NCBI RefSeq assembly: GCF_006345805.1 | Contig: NC_042998.1 | Span: forward strand, 53,940,001 to 54,004,000 | Source: Octopus sinensis | Lineage: Eukaryota | Direction of reading: 5' to 3' | Length of the DNA stretch: 64,000 bases | Part shown: positions 49,921-63,350 of the stretch, piece after piece | Layout: every line of letters starts with the position of its first letter | How positions within the stretch are numbered: position 1 is the first letter of the stretch | Made by a program: the position numbers and the translations under genes | Notes under the pieces: generated by a model | The model's database searches: none | What the model saw: the letters and a program-made list of their open reading frames with translations, nothing else | What the model was told of the DNA's origin: nothing

Positions 49921-52900
49921 TATTGCTTTTTATAAAAATGCGAAGAAAATTAAATCTAAAAAATTGGCTTTTGTAAAATGTATCATTGATGGTATCTCTG
50001 TGGGTTTTTTTGTTTCTTTTTCCAAAGCTGTTGGGTAAAACTGCTTTCCACAGTTAATGGAATAAGATTTTGAGCAGATATATCTGCCTCCTGCTTTCAA
50101 AAGGTTATGATTATTTATCCATTCAGGGTTGATAGCAGATAATTTTATCATTGAATAATGGATTGGTTTGATACAGAATCTTATTGATTCATTGCAGAAT
50201 TATTTCAAACATGTTGATGTTATAAACTAGAGACATAGAGCTTATATACAAAATACATATATGGTGCTGAGAATAAGGGGTACAGATTTTATTTTCCTCC
50301 TTTATTTGTAGCTAGCTAATAAAAAAAAACTAACAGGTGAAATAAATTTTGGAGAACTACCATTAAACAAGTGTTTGGTGTAAATCTTTTATTACCTGAC
50401 TAATCCCTTCAGCATTAGGAAGGGCATTAAAGCAAGGTATAATTCGTTCAAGGAATTAGTTAAATTTGAGTAATTCAATGTAGAGAGTTAATCTGGAAGA
50501 CTAAATGAATACCAATTACAAATTGAGCAAAGCTTGCTCTTCTGTCAGTCTCTTTGCTCTCACCAAACTATCTATTTAATTTGAACAACTTGTTTAAGTT
50601 CGTTATTCAACATCTTCCCAGTACAAATATATAAACTTAAAATTTAACTAAAACAATCTCTACGGTCATCATTATCATTGTTACCTTTCATCTACTATAC
50701 ATCTCAAAGCATTAATCATAATAAGAGCTTTTAGCTTTGTCTTTATTACTTCTACCTACTTCTCCCATGTGGATATGAATACTACAAATTTCTCTGTGCT
50801 ATCCAGAGAAGTTCATTTAAGTTAGTTTGTAATTAGAATAATTAGAAATATAGTGTACTGTGTGAAACTGTATGCATTGCTGAAATGTTAGCTGTGTATG
50901 TTAGAATGTAAGCAAGTAATCTTCAAGACTATGACATTAGAGGAGAGAGAAGTAGTACTTTGAGACTGATCGGAGAAAAGCAAGAAGAAACTACATCTCT
51001 TGGTTTCTACTAATTGCTGCTTTTAATCGCTGCAAGCAACCCAGCAAGAAGTAGGCCAGCCAATAAATAAGACATCTTCATGTGACATTACTAATGAGGG
51101 CAGACCCCTATCATATGTAAAATGTAGGTTCTGCTGGAGAACTACCATTAGTTCTTCCTGACTCTCTAACAAACTATGCAGTGAGCTAATAAGGTCATTA
51201 AATGTGCTAGAAATATCAGCCAAATTTCTCTTAAATTAAATATTGTCATCTTAAGAACTGAATGGAGGCACATTGTTAAGCTTGAAGAGTAATCATGATC
51301 ATATGCCAGACAGAGCTTTAGTTTTTAATTTATTGCTCATCTTTTTCAATTTGTATGGCTGTATACTCTGCTGTATTTGCTCACAATTCAGAATTTCTAC
51401 TAGATACATGACACTACATCTTCAGTTAGCTGTTTACTCATGTAAAAAGTGGTTTTGAGGCAGATGCCATTCAACTTTTCGCTGCCTTATCATCAATATC
51501 TGCATTGCCTAATCTTGATAATCATAACTACCATTTTTTTTTCCCTTAATCACATTCTAATCCTTATTGCTATCATTAGTAATGCTGTAATTTTCAACTT
51601 TACACAAACCATTCATTAACCAACCTCATTAGCTTAGCTGCAATACCTCAGGAACAGAAACAGCCAAACCATTATAACTCATTATCCCTAAAATTACATA
51701 ATTGCTACAACTGCCATATCCCCAACATAACCACTAAGATCACAACCATCAATAAAGGCCTTTAATTAATACAAAAATTCAGCAGCTGCAAAAAGGTTCA
51801 GTTCCCCAATCAACCAGAGGGAAAAAATCTGTCAAAGGTTAAGGTTTCTAAATGAAGGTTTTTAAATAACATGATTGGAATGGTGTGAAATGTTTTCCCA
51901 AAAGGATACATTATTATTCCTCACTGATAACCTACAATATCAATTTCTTGAACCAATATGTCAGTAATGATACTATAACATAATCTTTCTATTCTCTCAA
52001 AATATTAATTACCAAGAAACTGCCAATGCATGAAGAATGTGATGTAAATGGTTTGCAACACAAAAAATTATGCATCAGCTAAAATTGATTTCGCTTGTGT
52101 GCCTGGTAAGAATCCATAGGAATTTCAATGCTGTAGTTAATGATAATCACTCTTTAGGGGAGTGTTTTCCATAGTCAACATATCGGAATTTTTTAATTGT
52201 AATTTTATGCTCCAGTTTCTCAAACATCAATTATGGCTGTGAAGTTTATTGCAAGGAACAATTAGGATTATAACTGCAGAAAAAATACTGATACAATCCA
52301 GTCAACTGTAAAAATAGAGCTCAAGCATTAATGCACATAATGTTAAGATATACTGTGATGACAAAAACTATTGCTCATATATAAAATTTTCTTTATTTGA
52401 AAATTATATAGATTTAAAGTTATTATTTTTTTAAATTCATTTCAAGTGAAATTTAATTTTTAATAAAAATCAACAGACTGCACAATAATTAACTTTTATT
52501 TTTCAATTGGTGATGATGAAAAAAATAATGGATTATACTATTAGCAGCATCCTATAACGTTAACAGGTCTTGAATTCAGTCTTACAAGCTAATTAAATAG
52601 TCATCACTTTCAAAATGCTGCTAGTATTTACTATGGAGAGCCATGCTGTTCTTGCAAATAAGGTTCTCATGGTAATCCTATTTGCTCTAGCAAAAGTGTG
52701 ATAAAACTCACATTATAAAAGTAATGGTTCATTTTCAACAAAGCATTTAGGCAATAATCTCAGTAAAGATTAATGTTCTGGATTCCATTACACATTTTAA
52801 TCATATGGTTATTTCAAGGAATTTAGGGACCATTTTGTGGTTACTTGTCTTAATAGAAATAAACTCCTTCTTCTTTAAAACTAATACTTCTCTCTTAAAA

Positions 52901-54014
52901 AAAAAAAATTTCTATCTTAGAAAATGTAATTTGGTAAAAGAAGAAAAAAGAAAGGATCTTTATGGTAGGAATACCTTTATTATTATTTATTATTGGTCGA
53001 CCGTGGTCGAGACTAAATTCCATAGTGTTTTCAAATGGCTAATAATGTGTGCGCGCACCACTACTACACACATTGGAAAGCATTGTACAACCAAGTACTA
53101 AAGAAGATCTTTCCTCCTCCATGAAACAAAGCTGTTCCCGCTGGATGTCAACCCAGTATTTCTAAGCTACGGACCTAATTATAGGTCAAAGGTTACTTGA
53201 AGCTAAACAGTAACAACTTTAGCATTATCTATTTTACTGAATATCTCTAGAAAAGATATTTGTACTCTGGAGAAGAGAGAAATTAGTATGCATAATTTTA
53301 ATGGTGGGTGACTAATACTGATGATTATATATATATATATATATATATGTAAAAAGTAAAAAAATATATACAAACTGGGACAAGAATGTGAAACACCTAG
53401 AAGACGACACAAGAACCACAGGACGGGACATTCGAAGCTCTCAGTCATCAGTCAAGAACCGGATCATCTTCGCAATTTCGGCTGATTATATATATATATA
53501 CAATACATATAATAAAATGCTGATATCTCTGCAACCAAGTAATACCAAGTGCCTCAGCTGGTAATAGATAAGGCTAGATATTTTTGATTAAGATTTCAGA
53601 CAAGAAATCAAGTCATTTCAAGTAGTGTTAAAAGGTTTAGAAATAGGCATACTTTAAAAATGAAAATATCACTCTCTGCTAGATATTGTATCTTAAACAT
53701 ATCTCTTTCTCTTTACCTTTCCCTCCCTACCCTACAACACCGCTCAGCCTCTTTCTCTCTTTTCTCTCACTGTCTTTTTCTCTTGCTTTTCACTTCCCCC
53801 TTCAATTAACCACATGATGCATTTGGCCTTAGCGTATTATTATATTCCTCTCTTCTTTCTTCTCAACTAACATTCCTCCCCATCTCTCTCACTTTTACTC
53901 CACCTCTCATTCACTCCACCTCCACCACTCAAACTGAACTAAAGTATAACAATGAACAAACAAGCAGATTATTATATATAGAGACTTCAAGCTGTATATT
54001 ATTATATTCTGTCA

Positions 54015-54580
54015 TTCATCATCATCCTCATTTAATGTCTACTTCCCATACTGGCATGGGTTGGATGGTTTGACAGGAGCTGGTCAGGTAGGAACCTGCA
54101 CCAGACTTCTGTATCTGTTTTGGCAGGGTTTTTACATCTGGATGTAGAGATTTGATTGGACCAAATATAACAGATGTCTGTAAAACACTGCACAGATGTG
54201 GCTGTGTGGTAAGAAGTTTACTTCCTGACCATATGATTCTGGATTCCTTTCCACTGCATGATACCTTCTATAACCCCAGGCCTTGTGAGTGGGTTTGGTT
54301 AAGGGAAACTGAAAGAAGCACATCATGTATATATAATACACACACACAAATACATTATACATATATATTTCTCTATTGCCCACAAGGGGCTAAACATAGA
54401 GGGGACAGACAAACGGATTAAGTCGATTACATCGACCCCAGTGTGTAGCTGGTACTTTATTTATCGACCCTGAAAGGATGAAAGCCAAAGTCGACCTCGG
54501 TGGAATTTCAGAATGTAACGGCAGACGAAATACAGCTACGCATTTCACCCAGTGTGCTAACGTTTCTGCCAGCTCACCAC
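54015..54580. mobile_element. Cluster: D fragment (54015-54145 +), B 5' half (54190-54350 +), A1 full (54365-54580 -)
   Basis: Matches to the respective families. Confidence 0.85.
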
Positions 54581-54944
54581 CTTATTTATACATACATTAT
54601 ATATATGCGTGTGTGTGTGTATGTATCTCCTTGTGATACTGTGTGACAGCTGTAAAATCATTGTCATGGTCATACAAGAAGTGATATTCATTTCCAGTTT
54701 CTGCAAGAACATCCCTGTGTATGGCAAAATATTATCATGCTTGGAACCAATGCAAGCATAGGAAAGTAAACATTTAAATGATGATGTATGATAGCAGATC
54801 TGAAAAGTTGATTTAAGAAAATTAACAGGTAGTCTCTTACCACTGGAAAATACATTAAAATGGAATGATCTTGATCCCAACCATATACACCTTAGGATAT
54901 TACTTGTTATCTTGTATACATTACTAATATATAAGTGATGTCAG

Positions 54945-55145
54945 ACTTGTTAGCATGTCAGTCAAAATGCTTAGCAGCATTTCATCTGTCCGTACATTCA
55001 CAATTCAAATTCTGCGGAGTGTGACTTTACTTTCCATCCTTTTGGGATCAGTAAAATAAAGTACCAGTTGAGGACTGGGGTTTGATGTAATCAACTTATC
55101 CACTCCCTCAAACTTGCTGGCCTTGTGCTAAAATTTGAAGCCAAT
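54945..55145 (+). mobile_element. SINE A2
   Basis: A head/body with the A2 tail. Confidence 0.8.
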
Positions 55146-55158
55146 GTATTAGTGATAT

Positions 55159-55420
55159 ATCATCATCATCATCATCGTTTAACGTCTGCTTTCCATGCTA
55201 GCATGGGTTGGACGGTTCAACTGGGGTCTGGGAAGCCAGAAGGCTGCACCAGGCCCAGTCTGATCTGGCAATGTTTCTACGGCTGGATGCCTTTCCTTAC
55301 GCCAACCACTCCGTGAGTGTAGTGGGTGCTTTTTACGTGCCAGATGAGGCTAGCAAATTGCCACGATCAGATGGTGCTTTTTATGTGCCACGGGCACAGA
55401 GGCCAGTTGGGGCGGCGCAC
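55159..55420 (+). mobile_element. Family D retroposon, well conserved
   Basis: catcatcatcgtttaacgtctgctttccatgctagcatgggttggacgg...ggctggatgcctttccttacgccaacc. Confidence 0.88.
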
Positions 55421-56700
55421 AGCATATTTCCAAAGGTCTCGGTCTCTAGTCATTTCCTTGGTGAGACCTATACATTCATTATTTAAGAAATCCTCCCACA
55501 CCCTTGATTCCCACTCAATATTTGAGCTGAAAAAGCTTGATTTTTCATTTTCTGAAAAATATTGAAATTACTCCTGGCTCACTTAAAGGATTCTTAAGAC
55601 TTTCATTAATTTTAAGATTTCAGTACATATGGTTGTCTTCCTGTCTACTGAAATGTGTGTAAATGGTACAGATTCCTTAAATTTCATGTCAACATTAAAC
55701 TAACTTGCTGGAAGATATGTCGTTAATGCTTACGCGTAAAAATAATTACTTACAGCATGGAGGACAAGAGGAAAAGTTAAGATGAATTTTTTCCAATAAT
55801 TAAATGAAATATTAAAAGAGCTGAAATTCTTTAAGAAGATTGCAACTTTTATGTCTTCTAGCAGAAACCAAACACAGTCAATTAAATAAATTTCATTGAT
55901 AAGAATATATATATGAGTACATGTTAGTCTATATTCACACATATGTACACATGTGAATGTATGTGTATGTAGTATCAGATGAAATTGGCATAGCCATGTA
56001 TGCATTTGTTTGAAGGAGGCCCTTTTTATTTAATTGTGTCTTAGTTTATTTCATGTGCTACTAGAAACAGATTCAACCTTTAAAGAATTTGTAATGATAA
56101 TAAAATAGATATTTTTTTCTAATAGCCTAAAATTTACTATTGAAACTTTAGTTTAGAAATATTAACTTTTATATTGGAAATTATAATAAGATTATAGTTT
56201 TGACATAAGGAACATAAGGATGGACAAAATGCCACTAAGCATTTTCTGCAGTGTGCTAACAATTTTGCTATCTTGCTGCCACACATGATTGCCAATATTA
56301 ATTTCAAATTTTGGCACAAGGCCCGCAATTTCAGGGAAAGTGATAAATCGATTACAGTGAGCCAGTGCTCAACAGGTACTTAGTTTATCGACCCCAAAAG
56401 ATGAAAGGCATCCCTGAAAGGCATCTATTTTTTATCTATGGGCCCTTTGATTACTATTTTATTCTAATAGACCCCCATAGCTGTTTAATGTTTAAAAAGT
56501 AGTTTTAAAGAAACTTCTTTCAAAATTCCTATTTTATTTTTCACACATTAACTTGTGTAGGTTGAACTAAGTAAAACCTAGCTGTTTCTTGCACTACGTA
56601 CCAATATATACACTTGAAGCAAAATTTTTTCAGTAGCCCTTAAAATACTATTGTGGATCCCCAATTTACTATCTTACTACATGGACCCCAAAAATCTTAT

Positions 56701-57090
56701 GTAGGAGTGGCTGTATGGTAAGTAGCTTGCTTACGAACCACATGGTTCCAGGTTCAGTCCCACTGCATGGCACCTTGGGCAAGCGTCTTCCACTATAGCC
56801 TTGGGCCGACCAAAGCTTTGTGAGTGAATTTGGTAGACGGAAACTGAAAGAAGCCCGTCGTATATATGTGTATATATATATGTCTCTGTGTGTATATGTT
56901 TGTCCCTCCAACATCGTTTGACAACCGATTCTGGTGTGTTTATGTCCCCGTAACTTAGTGGTTTGGCAAAAGAGACAAATAGAATAAGTACTGGGGTTAC
57001 AAAGAATAAGTCCTGGGATCGATTTGCTTGACTAAAGGGAGTGCTCCAGCATAGCCACAGTCAAATGACTGAAACAAGTAAAAGAGTAAA
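56701..57090 (+). mobile_element. SINE family B, full length
   Basis: B match; followed by ggttgagaaccact, resembling a hAT-type terminal repeat. Confidence 0.92.
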
Positions 57091-57755
57091 GACCCTGGTT
57101 GAGAACCACTAATGATCAAAGTGCCCTTCCACTTTATGATGGTATGGTATAATTTTAAAGAGACCTGGAAACTATTTTAAATAGATGGAGCCATCATGGT
57201 CCCTTAATTGTAGAGGGTTTTTTATGTAGGTTTTATAATTTCACTTAGGAAAAGTTTTAGCATTCAGATACTAAAGTTTTTATTTTTACTCAGTTACTTT
57301 TCCATCATATAATGTCTATATAGTAAACCCAAATCTGTAGGATATTTATATCAGATATTTCAATACTTTTAATCCTGAACCAAACAAAAAATGTCATGTT
57401 GGGAATTGTTTATGGAAGCAGAGAGCTGAACTCTTAAGTAAAACATCACTTGTGTTTATCTAAATAACTTTGAAACATCAAATTCATGTTATATAGTCAA
57501 TTATTTACATCATAATACTAGCTTTGACAGATTTCACTGGAAATTCTGAATTGTTTTGATACCAGAATCCCTCTCTTGGGAAAAGCAAGACAATATTGAA
57601 CTACTGGAAAGGACTTATTAAATGACATTAATCTATCTATGAGACTCCCAACAGATCATCTATACTAGTTTGTATTGCAAATACTTATTTCATGAAAATT
57701 AGAGGTAAAAAATTATTATAAAAACCTTCAGTAGAATGTCAGCTGTTTCAGTGTG

Positions 57756-57882
57756 ACATACATACATACATACATGCATGCATGCATGCATGCATACATA
57801 CATACATACATACATACATACATACATACATACATACATACATACATACATACATACATACATACATACATACATACATACA
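57756..57882. repeat. (CATA)n/(CATG)n microsatellite
   Basis: Directly visible. Confidence 0.97.
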
Positions 57883-58939
57883 ATGTTCATCTACCATTAT
57901 TATTTCATTTCTTTATAGACTTAATATTTTTTTAATGTTATTTTATTTTACCCTAGAGATACCATATTTGTAAACCAGGTCTTTTTTTTATTACACTTCA
58001 TAGACAACCCCCATTCATAAAATTATGTGTATACATTGTTCTGATAAAAATTAAGTCCTTGACTGCCAATCATACAGACTGCCTGGGCTGTAACCTTTCA
58101 TAATGCATTAAAGACATGTTTATCCCTAGAGATATTTCCTTTCAATAAGATCATTTGCTTTTCACAACTTTCAAAGTACTTTCCTTCATGGCATTATTTC
58201 CACCTAATTTTGATAATTTCATACACTTGTATTTTTCCTTAACTTAGTCCTTGAGTATTTCAAATGATAACTGTCTTTCAAATTCATTCATTTTTATTGT
58301 ATTAATGAAAATATCTTAAAGACAAAAATATTCTTTACATTTTTTTTTCTTTCCCAAATAAACTGAAAATACTAATAAAGGGGAAAATATTAAGTTTTAC
58401 AGGCATCGATAGTGGTCACTATTATGTCATTTCCAAAAACTCTGTCTGTCTAGCTAATAAATCTGAAATAATAAGCAAAATTAGCTTGCATTCCATCCCT
58501 CAGTTTTTGCTTTATTTTGACCAAAGTTAAAATAATGTAGAGCAGTGTAAACTTTTAATGGTCAGTTTTGCCTTTTTCTCCACATCTTGCCTCGTAGGCA
58601 TTACAAACTTTTTTCTCCCTATCTTTTATTTTGCAGCGAACTGTCAAGATGAGAAGTAAACGGCTGATATTGAATATTTTAACTATGAGAGAGGTAAACT
58701 ACTGGATTCTTTAGTAATTCTCTTTGAAAGAAACTTCTAAATGAAATGAACAAAACTAAATATCTTCTCACGAAACATCATATAAAGTTATAAAATATTC
58801 CGTCACTAGTCATTAAATAATTTTGTTTTATACAGTTTTGGTAAACATACAATATTTGTGTTGAAGTCAGAATTAAATTTAAAGGAGATTCAGTATATTC
58901 TAATGAATTTGCATATGTGTGTGTGTGTGAGATTGTAGA

Positions 58940-59485
58940 GGTGCTTGAATGGAGGCTTGTTGATGTATGTTGCATACAAGAGGTGGAGAGGAGCTTCAGC
59001 CAGGGCCCTCACAAGCAAAGCATATAGGCATAAACTCTTCTGGGAAAGTAACAGTGACAGAGTGGGCATACTTCTTGCAGAGAAATTGGTGGATAAGGTC
59101 ATAGAGGTAGTCAGGGTGTGCGATAGAGGGCTTAAACTCAAGCTAGTCTTGCAGAATAGTGTAGCTACAGTTATCTTTGCCTACCCCACCACAAGCAGGC
59201 CTACCAAATGATCAGAAGGATCACTTTTATGATATTCTTCTGCAGACTACCTCAAAGACGAGTGACAATGATCTCATATTTGTGACTGGAGATTTTGATA
59301 GGCATATCGGATGGCAGCCTGGTATCTTCCATGGTACACATGGGGGCCATGGAATTGACTCCCAAAATGAAGAGGGAACTAGGCACCTGGAGTTCTGTGA
59401 TGCAAATAACCTATTGATTTGGAACACCAATTTCAAGAAGCCAGCCAATCACCTGGTAACCTATCAATCATGTGACTCTGCTAGC
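58940..59485 (+). pseudogene. RTE-clade LINE apurinic endonuclease (EEP) fragment
   Basis: VDVCCIQEV, RWRGASAR, KLFW...VGILLAEKLVDKVIEVVRVCDR, PQAGL...KDHFYD, GDFDRHIG, NEEGTRHLEFCDANNLLIWNTNFKK; frameshifted. Confidence 0.88.
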
Positions 59486-59613
59486 CAGACACACAAAGAG
59501 GTCGTTGTGATTCACCTTCTTGATTGTAACATTCTTCTTTAAATCTCTTGAGTCTTGCATGCGTTATCCTGGCTTCTTCAAAAGCTTTCACTCCACTCCA
59601 CACTATATATATA

Positions 59614-59991
59614 CCCACAAGTAAAGGTCATCATCATGTCAATATGGCTGTTCAATGTTACAACTGATGTAACACCAGGCAGATCTTCTGCCAGCTAGTT
59701 ATAGGTGCAGCCTGCACCCTGTATATATTGCAAGCAGGGGAACAAACTCCTACCATTCTCCAGCAGACAATGGGATCGCAATTGAGGATCAGCAAAACTA
59801 GCTCAAAACTGAGTCAGTCTCATGATCCCATTGTCTGCTGAAGGATGGTAGGGGTTCGCTCCCTTGCAGGCAATGTATATGTACAGGGTGCAGGGTGCAC
59901 CTATAACCAGCTGGTGGAGGATCTGCCTGGGATTAAGACAGTAGTAACATTGAACAAGCATATTGATGTGACAATTAACTTTACTTGTTAG
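59614..59991. mobile_element. Foldback MITE (near-complete palindrome, TA flanks)
   Basis: Arms of about 165 bp are mutually reverse-complementary; TA at 59612-59613 and 59992-59993. Confidence 0.82.
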
Positions 59992-60028
59992 TATAGTTAC
60001 TACTGAGATTTTACAACTAGCTACTTTG

Positions 60029-60354
60029 CTATATATATATATATATATATATAAAGCGGTGTAAGTTTACCAAAATTGAGAGTATGATAGAAGGCTTGCT
60101 CTTCCTTCCATAGAAGAAAAAATTCAAATCGGACAATGTTAACACCAAAAATTATTTACATCAAAAAGGTGCTTTTTTTCTATGAAAATCCCTATTTTTA
60201 CGACTTTTTTACTACTGTGTCGCCATTTTTCAGTGTATTTCAACCAGAAAAATGTTCACTTAAACAAGCTACATAATGCAAAATTTTTACTTTTCAAAAA
60301 TTCCAATTCTTAAGGGTCAAAACAAACCCGAGCAACGCTGGGCAATACAGCTAG
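60029..60354 (+). mobile_element. Non-autonomous Helitron H1, 5'-internally deleted
   Basis: Collinear with 11578-11970; hairpin cccgagcaacgctggg and CTAG|T end. Confidence 0.85.
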
Positions 60355-60369
60355 TATATATATATATAT

Positions 60370-60469
60370 AAATGAAAGAATAAATAGAGTCAAAAGTAAG
60401 TGGGAGTTCAATTCGACACCTATTTCGAATTGTACTCCCTCTTACTTTTGACTATTTATTCTTTCATTT
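60370..60469. repeat. 100-bp near-perfect hairpin
   Basis: About 45-bp stem, 8-nt loop, two mismatches and a 2-nt bulge. Confidence 0.9.
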
Positions 60470-60929
60470 TTATTTTTCACACACAAGGAACACCTAAACC
60501 TAAACCACACAAAGACAACAATTAATAATTATAATACATAAACAACAAAAAGCCTTGGGGCTGCAAGACAAGACAAAAGTGAGTAACTTGAAGGAGAAAT
60601 GAAAACTGACTTAAAGGACTATAGACACAGAAGAGGTAGAGTGAGGAGCTCAGAAAATCATGTCCAGTGTGGTCGAAGGTAATGCAAAACAGAATGATGC
60701 TGCCTTAGATTGTTACAGGTCATGTGATAGTGGGAGGAAGGTTACAGAGAAAGTGAGAAAGAGAGAGAAAGAAAGGAAATTAAGAGAAGCAGAGTAAAGG
60801 AAAGAGACAGAGTGGCACAAAAATATTCCAAGAATATTTCTACAAATGGGTAAAAAATTAATGAGTGCATGCGTTACATAAATATTTTCAGGATTAAATA
60901 AAAAGGCAACAAATGGAAAATATGACATA

Positions 60930-61304
60930 TCTTTATATATAAAAGTAAGGTCGTGTGTCTGTCTCCTACGATTTAGATTCCTAACTACTCCCACATTTTG
61001 CGGTGTAGTTTAACCAAAACCGGGTATCTTATAGTCGTGATTCATATCGAGCCCTTCTGGGTATTAGCGCATGTCTACGATGAGTCTACAATTTAAAAAA
61101 AAATTTACCATCATTTTTTCCATTTTAATGCATTTTTTCGCTATTATATAAGGGAAGTAACTCTCTAAAAATGTCTACGATGAGTCAACGATTTAAAAAA
61201 AAATTTACCATAATTTTTTTGCTATTTTTTGGCTATAACTCTCTAAAAATGCTTATATAGTTATTTCCCTTACAAACCCGAGCAACGCCGGGCGATACTG
61301 CTAG
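60930..61304 (+). mobile_element. Non-autonomous Helitron, family H2
   Basis: A|TC start, cccgagcaacgccggg hairpin, CTAG|T end; body unrelated to H1; internal ~50-bp duplication. Confidence 0.88.
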
Positions 61305-61928
61305 TGTATATATATAATTTAAAAAAGTGTAGTAAATAAACAAACGAACATATACTAAATACACAGGTGAACAAAAAACATAGGTCACCAATTCTTCATC
61401 GGTTATCAGTTAGAGGGTCAAACTCAATGTTAAAAGCATTTACATATCAGGTTTAGTTCCAATGACTAAAGGGAGAAAAAATGCTCTTTTATTCACTTAT
61501 TGGCTTCCCCACCACCAAATGCAAGAAGTCCCCTATCTAAACGTTGTGCATTGTAGAAAAGAATATTTTAGAATTAATACTAAATTCTATTTAGTAAATA
61601 CAAAGTCAATTTTTGCAGGTTTGTGTGTAGTAAATTTCTTTAACTTGCTTCTGTCAATCCATGATTATGCCTTTACCAAAGAATATGAGTAATATCATTT
61701 CCTGTATAATGAAATATGAAAATTTGCAGGCTACATGGAATATGTACATTGATGTTAGTGAGTCATTCATACATGATCTCCAAGCTATTTATGTGGGTAT
61801 GTTATCTACTTGTGATTTGTTGTCCAAATTTCAGCTTGTTGGCTGAATATAATTTTTTTGAGAAAATTTGTTTGCTGTACAATTTGTTCATTTAACATGC
61901 CATTTGTATATACTTTTTCTGCTCTTAA

Positions 61929-62080
61929 CCCTATAGCATTTAAACCAGCCATACCCAGCTCATATATTCTACCTATTTTATGTTCAAACCAACCAGATTC
62001 AGCCTCCAGTGTCATTCTAAAAGTAAACACTCAAATCATTGAAATTACAAAGCTACAAGATAATACATGATTGATTAAAA
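61929..62080 (+). mobile_element. MITE family G, 3'-truncated
   Basis: ttaa|ccctatagcatttaaacc start. Confidence 0.8.
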
Positions 62081-62140
62081 ATAAAATGAACTCAACAATT
62101 TGGCAAAAGAGGCAGTCAGAATAAGTACCAGGTTCAATAA

Positions 62141-62244
<104 letters not shown>

Positions 62245-62642
62245 GTGCTTGAGGAGACCTATTAAGTCAAGTACATCAACATCAGAAAATCAAATGGAAA
62301 TTGTAGTTGTGATACCTGTGCCAGTGGCACCTAAAATGCACCATCCGAATGTGGCCGATGCTAGCACTGCCTTGACTGGCTTCTGTGCCGGTGGCATGTA
62401 AAAAGCACCAACCGATCGTGGCCATTGCCAGCCTCAGCTGGCACCTGTGCTGGTGCATGTAAAAAGCACCCACCACACTCAAGGAGTGGTTGGCATTAGG
62501 AAGGGCATCCAGCTGTAGAAACACTGCCAGATCAGACTGGAGCCTGGTGCAGCCTCCTGGCTTCCCAGACCCTGGTTGAACCCTTCAATCCATGCTAGCA
62601 TTGAAAACAGACATCAAACGATGATGATGATGATGATGATGA
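62245..62642 (-). mobile_element. Family D retroposon, long copy
   Basis: Core plus (gat)n tail; extended 5' part with internal gtggcac..aaaagcacc repeats. Confidence 0.85.
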
Positions 62643-63092
62643 CTGAGGTCAATTCATACAACTTAAAGTCGTTGAAGATGGTGCCCCAGCACGACTGCAG
62701 TCTAATGACTGAAACAAATAACACGTTAAAAAAATATACACCTTACATTTGAAATAGTAATCTGAATGTAAAAGAGTTAAATGCTTGTGTAGTCTACTCC
62801 TGGCTAGTTGGTCAAATTTCTATTTTTTCCCAATCATTTATAGACACATGTAGTTTGTTCATGGTTCATTGACCAATTTTCAGCTCGTTTTGCAAATCTG
62901 TCTTCGTAAAAACCATTTGTTATTCAGTTTCTTCATTTTGGGAATCATGTGTATAAGGATACCTCACTGTATGATTTCAGAGTTGTACTTGCTTTCCAAG
63001 TGACTTGATTTGAGACTGTGTATTGGAACTGAATCAATTACATCCTGAAATAGCCATTCTGGTCCAAATAACAACACACAAAACTGTTACAG

Positions 63093-63350
63093 CATCATCA
63101 TCGTCATTATTTAACATCTATTGTCCATGCTAGCATGGTTTAGGTGGTTTGACCAGGGCTAGCAAGTTGAGGGCTACACCAGATCCCAGTCTGATTTGGC
63201 ATGGTTTCTACAGCTGGATGCCCTTCCTAATACCAACAACTCCAAGTGTAATTGGTGCTTTTATGTGCCACTGGCACAGGTGCCAATTGCATGACATCAG
63301 TATCTGCAATGGTTACAATTTCACTTGGCTTGATGAATCTTCTTCTCAAT
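63093..63350 (+). mobile_element. Family D retroposon
   Basis: Core ctacagctggatgcccttcctaatacc. Confidence 0.82.

Noticed and set aside
53395-53490. Minus-strand ccgaaattgc...ctgatgac, a possible permuted (type II/III) hammerhead
   Set aside because: Helices I and II cannot be formed in any permutation I tried; probably the end of a Penelope-type repeat
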